A stretch of 64,000 bases of DNA from an uncultured Gammaproteobacteria bacterium (GTDB lineage: Bacteria; Pseudomonadota; Gammaproteobacteria; UBA9214). Every line of letters begins with the position of its first letter. Positions within the stretch are counted from its first letter, which is position 1. The stretch covers positions 1-64,000 of the forward strand of contig CAVYZN010000004.1 in NCBI GenBank assembly GCA_963773065.1. Reading direction: 5' to 3'. A program made the translations under genes and the position numbers. The notes below the pieces were generated by a model. The model ran no database searches. It saw nothing but the letters and a program-made list of their open reading frames with translations, and had not been told where the DNA came from. Below are positions 20,052 to 31,699 of the stretch, in pieces.

Positions 20052-20808
20052 TTAGCGCAGGTGTTCATCTTCGGTCAACTGGCCGAGGATTTTGCGCATG
20101 GATTCGCCCTTGAGCTGGAGACGGTGGGCGTTATGCATCAGCCGGTCCAGGATGGCATCGGCGAGCGTGTTATCGCCGATGCTGGCATACCATTGGTCGG
20201 TCGGCAGTTGACTGATCACCAGGGTGGACGTGTGTCCGTGGCGGTCGTCCATGATTTCCATCAGGTCGTTGCGGTGAGCCGGTTTCAACGGCTCCAGCCC
20301 CCAGTCGTCGACGATCAGTAATTGGACCTTGGCGAGCTGCGTGAGCTGTTTGTGGTAACTGCCGTCGGCCTTGGCCTGGGTCAGTTCCAGTAGCAACCGT
20401 GACAGGCGGTAGTAGCGCACGCTGTAGCCCTGCCGGCAGGCGTTATGGCCCAGGGCGCAGGCCAGGTAGGTTTTGCCGCTGCCACAGGGGCCGGTCATCA
20501 GCAGATTCTGGGCACGGTTGATCCAGTCGCCCTGGGCGAGGCGTGCGATCTGCACCTTCGTTAAGTTGCGCGGGTGCTGATAGTCGATGTCCTGCACGCA
20601 GGCGGCGAGTTTGAAGCGGGCCTGACCTATCAGGCGCTCCTGCTTGCGCTGCTCACGGCTTAACACTTCCTGCTCGACCAGCAGCGCGAGTCGTTCGGTA
20701 AAGGCCAGCCCTTCATAGGTGCCGACCTGTTCCAGCTGGCTTTGCAGGGCATTGGCCATGCCGCCGAGTTTGAGTTGGCGCAGGCGCGCCAGGGTTTGGT
20801 GTGGTCAT
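20052..20808 (-). CDS. istB: IS21 helper ATPase IstB (5' frameshift)
   Basis: GPCGSGKTYLACALG, LLIVDDWG, TLADAILDRLMHNAH, GESMRK. Confidence 0.92.
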
Positions 20809-20825
20809 CGTATTTTCTCCTTGGG

Positions 20826-22369
20826 TTAGTGGAAGGTGTGGGGACCGCGGATGTTCTCGTGGTCCTGGGGCAGTTCGGTGTCGAGATCGAGCTGCTCGGG
20901 CAGTTGATCCCGGTTGCTTTGGAGGATTGACTTGACCTGTTTCAGGCGCATCAGGCCGGCCTGGTTGGCGATCCGGCAGGCGGCTTCGAGTCGCTCACGC
21001 GGATACGCGCGACTGAGGTTGAGCAGGCCGAGACAGACCCGGTAGGCCTGCTCGGGATGGGCTTTGGATGTCAGTTGCATATCCACCCAGGCGAGCACGG
21101 CGGGGCCGATGTCGCGGGCCCAGTGCTTTAACCGCCCCGGTGTCCACTGCTGGTGTTTCTGGTGGCGTTTGGGCATGTGGGCTGATTCGGTGGTCATGCC
21201 CGGACGGTGTTTGCGCGGATGCGATGTGATCTGTTGCTGGCGGAAGTAGAGCATGATCAGCGTATCGCTGGCATGCAGTTCCAGGGTCTCGCCCACGTAC
21301 TGATGCGGGACCGAGTAGTGATGCTGCTGGTACTGCACGTGGTAGTCGATATTGACCTTGACCGGCTTGATATCGACATAGCGGTAGGGGTGACGGGGCA
21401 AGGGCTTGAGGGCGGGCTTATCGAGCTGCTCGAACGCCTGGCGGCGGTTGCCCGGAAACTGCTTGAACGGCTTTTGGTTCAGCTCCTCGAGCAAGGCACG
21501 GATACACTGGTTCAGTTCGGTGAGCGAGAAGAAGCTGTGATGGCGTAGCCGCGCCAGGATCCAGCGCTCGACGATCTGCACGCCCACCTCGGCCTTGGCT
21601 TTATCTTTCGGCTTGTAGGGCCGTGCCGGGACCACCGCGACCTGATAGTGCGCGGCCCACTGCTGATAGCTGGCGTTGAGGTCGGGATCATAACGACACG
21701 CCCGGCTGACACCGCTTTTCAGATTGTCCGGGACGACGATCTCGGGACAGCCCCCAAAGTACTCGAACGCCCGCACATGACTGCCCAGCCAGTCCGGCAA
21801 GGACTGTGTGAGGGTCGCTTCGGCATAGGTGTAGTTGGAGGCCCCCAGCACCGCCACGAACACCTGCGCCGGATGGATCTCGCCGGTGTCGGCACAGACG
21901 ATGGGCGCCGTGGGTCCGCAGTAATCGACAAAGCATTTCTCACCGGCCTTGTGGAGCTGACGCATGGAGCGCTTTTGCAGGCCCTGCCAGTGTGCGTAAC
22001 GGTCGCAGAATTGCGAGTAGCTGTAACAGCGGTTGGGACACTGCTGGGTGTACTCCTCCCACAGCAGTTGCTTGGTCACCCCTTTGCGCTTGAGTTCCTG
22101 ATGGATGACCGACCAATCGGGCACCTGGAAACGGGTGGAGACGCGGGTGTCGGCGTCGGGATAGAACCGCCGGGCCAGCTGGTTATCATCCAGCTCCGGC
22201 GGCAACGGCCAGCCGAGCCCCAAGTGCATCGGCTGTGCGCCAGCAGCTTCTGGATGGCGCCGACACTGACCTTGGTGCTGGCACTGATCTGGCGGATTGA
22301 CAGACCGGCGGAGCGCCGTAAACGAAGTATTTCGCGGATTTTTCGCATTGTGGTCCTCTTGACTGGCAT
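20826..22369 (-). CDS. istA: IS21 transposase IstA (frameshift near 22235)
   Basis: [55 protein letters not shown]. Confidence 0.92.
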
Positions 22370-22910
22370 GGTCTCTCCCAAAAAGCGGGAGAGCCTACCA
22401 AACAGATTGACAAAACAATGCGTTGGAAGAGATTCCGGTTTAACGTGAACGCCGATTCCGGGAGGATGAACAGCAATTCCGGAAAACCCGGAAAAGTGTT
22501 CACATTAAGCCGGAATGAGCGTTCACGTACGACCAGAATAGGTGTTCACGTTGAACCGGAATGACTGTTCAACTTGGGCCGGAATATGCACGTATCGAGT
22601 ATGCGTTCATACTATGCGCATACGCTATGCGCGTCAATATCGAAAGGTAGTAAAACCGTGGATACAACTTATTGACATATATTAAGCTATTTAGTGTTTC
22701 TGAGGCTGCATGTACCTGCGGGGTAAGGTCGACTCCCCCTTGGAACGCCACCGTGTTCTGCAGATCGATGGCATTCGGTCTAGTATTCGTGAAGTTGCGG
22801 GACTTTTGCGGGATTCAGTTATGCATCGTCGTGCATTGTTAGGCAAAATGGGCAACGGGCATTCCAGTAATCTATATTAAAAAACAAAACGTTAGCGATT
22901 GTGCTACTAA

Positions 22911-22955
22911 CTACGAACCAGGTGGTCGGGAGTTCGAATCTCTCCGGGCGCGCCA
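22911..22955 (+). mobile_element. att site: complete 3' half of tRNA-Arg(ACG) ending in CCA (not a whole tRNA)
   Basis: ctacgaaccaggtggtcgggagttcgaatctctccgggcgcgcca (anticodon loop, T-arm, acceptor 3' strand); no D-arm upstream. Confidence 0.88.
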
Positions 22956-22998
22956 TAGTTCTCAAGGGCTTACCTCTCGGTGTGCGCTTTCTACATTA

Positions 22999-23167
22999 CT
23001 AGCGTAGTGAAATCGTAGGTCGATCCCCTACGGTTTCCCACGGCTTCTCGATCCGTGAGGCCGCATCCGCCAGATGCTCCGGCGCGAGATGGGCATACCG
23101 CAAGACCATCTCATAGGACTTCCATCCACCGAGCTCCATCAACTGTTGCAGGCTGGTGCCGTGCATG
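22999..23167 (-). pseudogene. Tyrosine integrase C-terminal relic next to the att site
   Basis: MHGTSLQQLMELGGWKSYEMVLRYAHLAPEHLADAASRIE. Confidence 0.85.
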
Positions 23168-23299
23168 GTCGAGATTTCAGATTCACAACGACCGACGTAT
23201 AGGTCAAACCTTGGTGAGTCTAGTGCACGACTCTCTGACGAGAGAGTGCAGGTAGGAGGTCGTACACAAGATCCTGCCGAGCGAACACGAGATCGAGCC

Positions 23300-23655
23300 A
23301 CACTTCCGCTTCTACAAACCGCACTCGGGAAATGCGTTCATGCCTGTGGAGTTCTCGATGGCGGCATTCCGGTTTCGGCCACTCGATGGCGCGCCCGAGC
23401 TACGCGCCGAACAACGTCGCAACGTCCACCGCCAAGTTTAAATCAAAGGGCGGTAAGACGCCGCCGTTTGCGCGGATTCCGGTGTTCGTGCCGATGTCGA
23501 ACGACCCGCGCGATGCACTCAACGGTTTCGGCGAGCCACTGCACGAGGCATGGGGTATCAACTGGAGCTTCTTCTTCGGCACGATTCCGCCGGCCAAGCA
23601 GGGGGTGAAGCAGATTCCACAGCCCAGCTACCGCATCGCTGCCCAAACGCCGTGA
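23300..23655 (+). pseudogene. Heme peroxidase (peroxidase-cyclooxygenase-like) internal fragment
   Basis: MPVEFSMAAFR/FGHSMARPSY across a frameshift (proximal His motif), then GF.PL...WGINWSFFF and QPSYRI. Confidence 0.6.
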
Positions 23656-23711
23656 GCCATCCTGGAGCCGTGATATGATTTAATTTTTTTATCTGGGGAG
23701 AACGACTGATC

Positions 23712-26170
23712 ATGCCGAACGACTTCATCACGATTCCCGACTGGTTCTCCTTCGAGAACCAGGGCGCCGGGGTGGCGCTGGCGGACCTGAGCGGCGGCGG
23801 TCCGCGCGACCTCGTCGTGCTGATGGTCGACAGCCCGCCCGGGCAAAACCGGGGGTTCTACCGGGTTGGCAAGGGCATCGCGGCGGACGGCACGGCCGCG
23901 GGCGGATGGACCGGCTGGATGGAGATACCCGACTGGTTCTCCTTCGAGAACCAGGGCGCCGGCGTGGCGGTGGCCGACCTCGACGGCGACGGCCGGCCCG
24001 AGCTGATCGTCTTCATGATCGACAACCCTGCGGGGCAGAACCAAGGCTACTACCGCGTCGGCCGCAAGCTCGATGCGGGCGGCGTCGTCACGGGCGGCTG
24101 GGGCGATTGGACGCCGATCCCCGACTGGTTCTCCTTCGAGAACCAGCACGGCGGCGTGGCGGTGGCCGACCTCGACGGCGACGGCCGGCCAGAGCTGATC
24201 GTCTTCATGATCGACAATCCTGCGGGGCAGAACCGCGGGGTACTACCGCATCGGCAGGCAGCTCGATGCGGGCGGCGATGTCACGGGCGGTTGGACACCC
24301 TGGACAGACGTTCCCGACTGGTTCTCCTTCGAGAACCAGGCGGGGAGCATCACGGTCGCCGACCTGGGGACGGGCACCCCCGACATCGTCGTCTACCAGG
24401 TCGACAACCCACCCGGCCTCAACCAGGGCTTCTACAAGATCGGCAAGAAGCTCGACGTGAACGGTAACGTCCAGCACGGGTGGGGCTTGTGGACCGTGGT
24501 GCCCGGATGGTTCTCCTTTGAGAACGCGGGCGGCGGCATCGCCGTCATGCAGGTCGACGGCAAGCACAAGCTGATCACGATGCTCGTCGACGACCCGATC
24601 GGCCAGAACGCGGGTCTGTACCGGGTGCTCGACCTCGACACCGACCCGGCCACCGCCGGCTCCTGGGAGGATCTCCCGTTCGACTCCGAGGTGCTGGCGG
24701 TGCACGCCGCCGTGCTGCCCACCGGGAAGGTGATGTTTTTCGCCGGCTCCGGCAACGTCAAGCGTGCGGCACGACAGCCCGGACTTCGGCAGCATCGCCA
24801 AGAAGATCTACACGAGCGTGGTGTGGGACCCGACCGTCACGCCCACCAGCACGGCGACGAGAACTTCTTCCACCCCGTCGCGATCAAAGGCGACGACGGA
24901 AAGGTCTTCGACTTCTTCTGCGGTGGCGACAGCTTCCTCGCCGACGGGCGGCTACTGTCCGCCGGCGGCACCCTGGCCTACCCCGGCCACATCTCCGGCC
25001 GCGCCGACGCGGTCCTGTTCAACCCCACGACCCAGCAATGGGCGCGGGCCGGGCACATGGCTCACGGCCGCTGGTATCCCACCCTGGTGACGCTGGGGGA
25101 CGGCCGGGTCCTGGCCGCCAGCGGCCTGAACGAGGACGGCAACCTCAACGACACGATCGAGGTCTACTCACCGCAGGCCGACACGTGGCAGGCGCTGCAC
25201 CTCCCACCGCACTTCCCGGGCCTGCCGCTGTACGCCCACCTCTTCCTCATGGCCGACGGCAGGATCCTGTTCACCGGCGGGCAGGTCGAGGGGCCGGACG
25301 TTCACCTTGGGCCGTGCCTGCTCGACATCGCCCACGGCCAGGTCGGCGTGGCCTTCCTGCAGGGGCTGCACGAGGCCGGATCCCGCAAACAGTCCGCCAG
25401 CGTGCTGCTGCCTCCCGCCCAGGACCAGAAGGCCATGATCATCGGCGGTGGCGTCGGCGATGAGGGCATCATCGACGCCACCGCCGCCGTCGACGTCATC
25501 GACCTCACCGCGGCCACCCCGGTGTTCCAGGCCGTCGGCGCCCATGAACCTGCCCCGTACGCACGTCAACGCGGTGCTCCTCCCCGACCGCACCGTGCTC
25601 GCCACCGGCGGGGGCCTGGCGAGGGAGAGCCGGCTTACCCCCACCCTCCAGTCCGAGATCTACGACCCGGCCACCAACACCTGGACCTTGGGCGCGTCCT
25701 CCAAGATTCCCCGCCTTTACCATTCGGTGGCCCTGCTGCTGCCCGACGGACGCGTCGTCGCCGCCGGCGGCAATCCCGCGCAGGGTACCCACGTGGAATG
25801 GAACAAGGACCCGGACAACGAGGAGATGCGGCTCGACATCTACAGCCCGCCCTACCTCTTCAAGGGCCCCCGCCCCGTGATCACGGCTGCCCCCGAGGAA
25901 TGGCACTACGGCCAGGCCGTCGACATCTCCTCGCCGCAGGCCGGCGGCATCCGCTGGGCGCAGCCTCATCCGGAACGGCGTGACCACGCACTCGTTCAAC
26001 ACCGGGCAGCGCCTGGTCGACCTGCCCATCGCCGCCCAGGGCGGCGGCACGGTCGGGTGAAGCTGACCAACGAGCCGAACATCGCCCCACCGGGCTGGTA
26101 CATGCTGTTCCTGACCGACACCAAGGGCATCCCGTCGGTGGCGCACTGGGTGCACGTGACCCAACCCTGA
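23712..26170 (+). CDS. Galactose/glyoxal oxidase-like copper radical oxidase (AA5, Kelch + DUF1929) with N-terminal tandem repeats; frameshifted
   Basis: FFCGG, GRWYPT, LPLYAHL, RLYHSVALLLPDGRV, YSPPYLF, THSFN.GQR, APPGWYMLF; repeats with DLDGDGRPEL. Confidence 0.85.
23736..24640 (+). repeat. Five intragenic repeats of about 192 bp (64 aa)
   Basis: cccgactggttctccttcgagaac recurs at 23736, 23928, 24120, 24313 and, as a variant, 24502. Confidence 0.9.
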
Positions 26171-26422
26171 TGCGCTGAACGGCCCAAGTGTAAACGGCAG
26201 AAAAAACTGATCCAGATGGCGGCGTAGGGGGCCAGTCGCAACCGTCTGTCCAGTGATCTAAAAATGGATCGGGGTCTGCACGAGTGCACACACTGGGCAC
26301 TTCATTTGTTCGAGCCACTTTCGGTTAAGCGGTGAACGGTCTCGCATTAACCATCGTGATTGAGTTAATGTACGACTTTGTCGCTCCAGAGCGGCGCCCG
26401 GACACGCGATCCCTGCGTCGAT

Positions 26423-26635
26423 GTACACGGAAGTACGAGTGTCGCGAGAGGGCAGGATGCCCGTAGCGACCGATGACACGGAAGTACGAGTGTCGCGAGA
26501 GGGCACGACTGCAGGGATGTAGGAGATAGGTAGAGGAGCAGAGGAAGGGCAATGCAGGAGCAATTGCCGAGGATGCCCGTAGGACCGATGAAGGGAAGTA
26601 CAAGTGTCGCGAGAGGGCCGACTGCAGAAGGAGAT
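26423..26635 (+). repeat. GGA-hairpin repeat array 1 (about 51-bp unit)
   Basis: acacggaagtacgagtgtcgcgagagggcaggatgcccgtagcgaccgatg about x3, with an A/G-rich insert. Confidence 0.85.
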
Positions 26636-26659
26636 AGCGTAAAGGGGGGCTGGATTTGC

Positions 26660-27747
26660 CGATGACACCCAAGAAAATATTCGCTGCCTTATGTGATAAC
26701 GTGATCGGGCAAGACCCGGCCCTTAAGAGCATGGCAGTCGCGATCTACAAGCATCTTATCGAGCATTCAGTGGGTAATGTGCTCATGATAGGCAATTCCG
26801 GTACCGGAAAGACCACCATCATGCGGGCCGCGGAGCGGTTTTTCTCGCAGGCTGAGGGGTTTGAGAAATTTTCCACCATCATACGTATCAATGCCAATCT
26901 CGTGGCTGACCTGGCGAGCCGGGGGAAACAAAGCAATATCGTTATGGATCGGCTCGCGCGCCAAGCCGCAAATCTCCTCGGTGAGAAGGCGGATCTCGAG
27001 ACCATGCGAGACTATGTCTCGCATGGCATCGTCTGTGTTGATGAAGTGGACAAGATACGCGCGGTGGTCGGCGGTGAGCCCAATGTGAAGGGAATCGTTG
27101 CCCAGGATAGCCTGCTTACCCTCATGGAGAATGAACACGTACAGGTTGAAATGCCCTACTTCGAAGCAGGCAGGTGGCAGACGGTAACAACACCGATCAA
27201 TACCGAACATATCCTGTTTGTCGCCGGTGGCGCCTTCGAAGGGCTTTATGACCAGGTCTATCTTCGCGTGACTAAAAAGCTGGGGCCAGATAAGTTTTAC
27301 CGGCTGGTGCCTCGCGCTGATGGCACCCTGGAACGAGTCTTCGTATTCGACCTCAGTCGCCACCTCTTGCAAGAAGACATATTCGAATATGGTATGACAC
27401 CGCAATTTCTATCACGCTTCGACAGCGTTATCATGCTGGGCGATTTGAGTGCCTCCAATCTGGTCAGGATATTCAAAGACACCGCCGGCGCCATTTGGCC
27501 AATCGCGGTTGACTATTTCAAGCACGCAGGTATCAAGCTCACCATCACCGATGAGGCGGCTTCCCTCATCGCCGACATAGCCTCTCGGAAGAACCGTCTG
27601 GGAGCCCGGGCCTTGCGCGAAGTCTTCGGAACAATTGTCAAGACGCTCGAATTCGATCCACTGGCCACGGGACTGGTCCGGGAGCAGGAAGGAGAGCGTG
27701 TGATCGAGATTACCAAAGAAGTGGTAGAGGCCTCCCGGCCGGGCTAG
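26660..27747 (+). CDS. Divergent ClpX-like AAA+ ATPase
   Basis: VIGQD.A...AVAIY.H, NVLMIGNSGTGKT, GIVCVDEVDKI, QDSLLTLME, INTEHILFVAGGAFEGL, LGARALR. Confidence 0.82.
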
Positions 27748-27768
27748 CACCAGGAAGAATGCGGATCG

Positions 27769-28833
27769 TTACCCCAGTTCCGGAATCACGGCCCGGCGAT
27801 GCGCCTGCGCCTCATGCCATAACCGCCGCAAGGCATCCCACAGGCTGTTTCTAGTGGTTTGCAGATACAGCGTGGAGTCAGGCAGTTCCGTCGCAAGGCG
27901 GCGATGGGCCAGGCCGAGCGCGTGGTAGGGCAGCGCCGGGAAGAGATGATGGGTGGCGTGGTATCTGAGTCCAACCGGCGCCCAGAGTGTCGTGAGCAGG
28001 GGATGGCCCGGTACGTTCACGGAGTCCAGGTACTGTTCCGCGAAGTCCATGACCCTGTCGCCTGGATTTCTGTAACAGTGCGCCGCCAGGGTTCTCAGCG
28101 AGTTCAACAGAAACATCAGGATGCTGACAAGGTACCAGAGTATCAGCGTTTGGTAGGGGAGTATGCCCGATATCACCAATGCAAGCGCGGTGACGCCGTA
28201 GAGGAAGGTGGCAAATTCCTGCAATTTCCAGGTCTTTTCGTCCCTAGAAGAGGGTTCGGGACGGCGATAGCCAAAATCGATAGTCAATGATGAGGCGCTC
28301 TCCCAGACCAGGCGCCGCAGTTTCCCGTGCAAATACGAGAGCGGGGTCAGGACAACGAACCGGGCCGCGAGCAGCAGGGGCAAAACAAAAACCAGCAGCA
28401 GATACAAAATGATCTTGTGGGGCCGTTCAACGGCGAAGGGTAAATATTCCCCGTCATCCTTGGTCCCGTATACCTTGCGTTTGTGGTGGTCATTGTGAAC
28501 CCCGCCATACATGAAGGTGGGCACCATCAGCGGAAAGCCGCAGGTGACATTCCAGACAAAACGGAATAACCGGAAGGTATTCCTGCGCAAGTGGGCCAGT
28601 TCATGGGTAAAAATCACGGCCCGGTACAATGCCAGCGCCGTTACCAGATAGAAAAACACCTGCCACACGGAAAAAGGCGGGGATCGAAGTGTAAGGATGA
28701 ACGCGACCCACCCGAGCGTGATGCTGAAGAGGAAATCCGTCCAGTAAATCCAGGGATTGGGAACAAACAGGCCCTTGACGATATTCCTGGCTTCGGCTAA
28801 TGGAAACTGGCTGTTCTGCTGCATGGTAACCAC
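27769..28833 (-). CDS. Membrane fatty-acid desaturase/hydroxylase family protein
   Basis: His boxes HELAH, HNDHH and YHATHH with TM segments. Confidence 0.88.
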   Translation of the reverse strand: MVTMQQNSQFPLAEARNIVKGLFVPNPWIYWTDFLFSITLGWVAFILTLRSPPFSVWQVFFYLVTALALYRAVIFTHELAHLRRNTFRLFRFVWNVTCGFPLMVPTFMYGGVHNDHHKRKVYGTKDDGEYLPFAVERPHKIILYLLLVFVLPLLLAARFVVLTPLSYLHGKLRRLVWESASSLTIDFGYRRPEPSSRDEKTWKLQEFATFLYGVTALALVISGILPYQTLILWYLVSILMFLLNSLRTLAAHCYRNPGDRVMDFAEQYLDSVNVPGHPLLTTLWAPVGLRYHATHHLFPALPYHALGLAHRRLATELPDSTLYLQTTRNSLWDALRRLWHEAQAHRRAVIPELG

Positions 28834-28962
28834 ATCAGTGCGTTTGCATCCTTCGGTGTATTGGCTTTTTCATGGCCCTTTCATTGACCGTTACTCGCAC
28901 CAGTATAATGCCTGAAGTCATCACCAATTTCGATCTTGACTACCGTAGTACCGTAGCCCGAT

Positions 28963-29128
28963 GTAGCGACCGAAGCACAAGGATGTGCGAGTGTCGCAAG
29001 AGGGTAGGATGCCCGTAGCGACTGAAGCACAAGGATGTGCGAGTGTCGCAAGAGGGTGGGATTCCCGTAGCGACCGACGCACAGGGATGTGCGAGTGTCG
29101 CGAGAGGGCGGGATGGCAGTAGCGACCG
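28963..29128 (+). repeat. GGA-hairpin repeat array 2 (52-bp unit x3)
   Basis: gtagcgaccgaagcacaaggatgtgcgagtgtcgcaagagggtaggatgccc in tandem; same family as array 1. Confidence 0.9.
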
Positions 29129-29138
29129 TAGGCGGTAG

Positions 29139-30447
<1,309 letters not shown>

Positions 30448-31699
30448 CCTTGGCCTGCAGCGCAGCCTCGGCCATCAGCAGCCGAATCAGTTGTTACGCA
30501 GGAGGTAGACCCACATTTCCTTCTCGCACATCGCTGGGCTCTTGCAACTTAACGCTTCCATGCCGAGGGTGGTCTTGATGTTGCGCAGATCCAGCTCCAC
30601 ATGCCAGCGCTGCAGGAACAACGCTTCCAGCTCGGCCTTGGCGGTTTTGCGTGGCGAGAGCAGGGTGGTCACCAGCACTTTCTTGCCGATGTTCGCTTCG
30701 CGCACCGTGATCTGCTTCGGATAGCTGTGGTATTCCTCCCGGCTCATCCACTCCGGCCGGGCAGGCCGGGACCACTGCACCAAATGATCCCGTGCGCCAA
30801 GTTGCTCTCCCCGGCGAAAATCCGTATGGCGCGCGCCATGCTGCTCGAACAGCACGTCCACCCCGCGCCCCTGCAGGTCGGCGATCAGGAAATAACTGCA
30901 ATAATAGCTGTCGGCCGCATGATATCGCCTTCGACAAACGCCCCCTTGAGACCTCGAAACAGACCATGTTCACCCGTGCCCTTACCCTGGTACGGCCCCA
31001 TGGCGGCATCGAGCGCCGCGCCGTTGGACAGGGAAATCACCCCGACCAGCCGCGCCAGCGGAAAGCCCACGCCAGGGGCTTGTCCCCCCGGTTGGGGAAA
31101 GCGCGCCTGATTCTCCTCGGTGTCCGGCATCGATACCGTCGTGCCATCCACCAGTTTCACGTGCCGCCCGCCCCACAACCACCCCGTGGGCGTGTACACG
31201 CCAAGCAACGCCCCGGTTTGGCGGGCCAGCGTGCTCACCATCTCCTGCGGCAAGCGCTGGCGCGCGATGCAATAGCCGCCGGTGTTGGCGCTGCCCACAG
31301 ACATCCCGCTCAGCAGGCGATTGACCAGCGCTTCATTCACCGTGTTCTGACAGGAGCCGTCGGCACTCATGACTTGCCCTAAAAACATCGATAACGTCAA
31401 CGTCGGTGGATAGTGCCGTTCCCGGTGCTCGGGGAGCTGCGCCTCCACCGCCTCCAGTAACTGCGGGCCGGTAAGCAGGTTGAAGAAATGATTGGCATCG
31501 ATTTTCTGAACCTGTTTGGCAAGACGACGTTGTTGTGACAGCAACGGACGGTTACAGTGACTCATGAAGGTTGGCCTCAGGGCTGGTGGGGTCGAAGTTT
31601 CGCAACAAACATCTTACCAGTCCCAGCCAACCTTCTCTTTCCGTTTCAAACCATTAGACTATGCTACGTCCCTCACTGATCCTTAATTAAGTGCCATTC
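30448..31699 (-). mobile_element. IS4-family element, frameshifted and truncated at its 3' end by the IS3
   Basis: [34 protein letters not shown]; terminal AATGGCACTTA (reverse complement near 31688-31698). Confidence 0.85.

Larger units (their letters stand above)
19972..22590 (-). mobile_element. IS21-family insertion sequence
   Basis: istA-istB pair; ends GCGTATTCCGGC..GTTGAACA / TGTTCAAC..GCCGGAATATGCA; several internal GTGAACxCxxATTCCGG repeats. Confidence 0.92.

Noticed and set aside
20440-22580. Short repeats near 19980-20020 and 22430-22580 as a novel array
   Set aside because: They are the usual multiple transposase-binding repeats of IS21 ends
22880-22955. Functional tRNA-Arg gene
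   Set aside because: Only the 3' half is present; the upstream sequence cannot form the acceptor 5' strand or D-arm
28963-29128. CRISPR array (also 26423-26635)
   Set aside because: Units are contiguous tandem repeats with no unique spacers, and no cas genes are present
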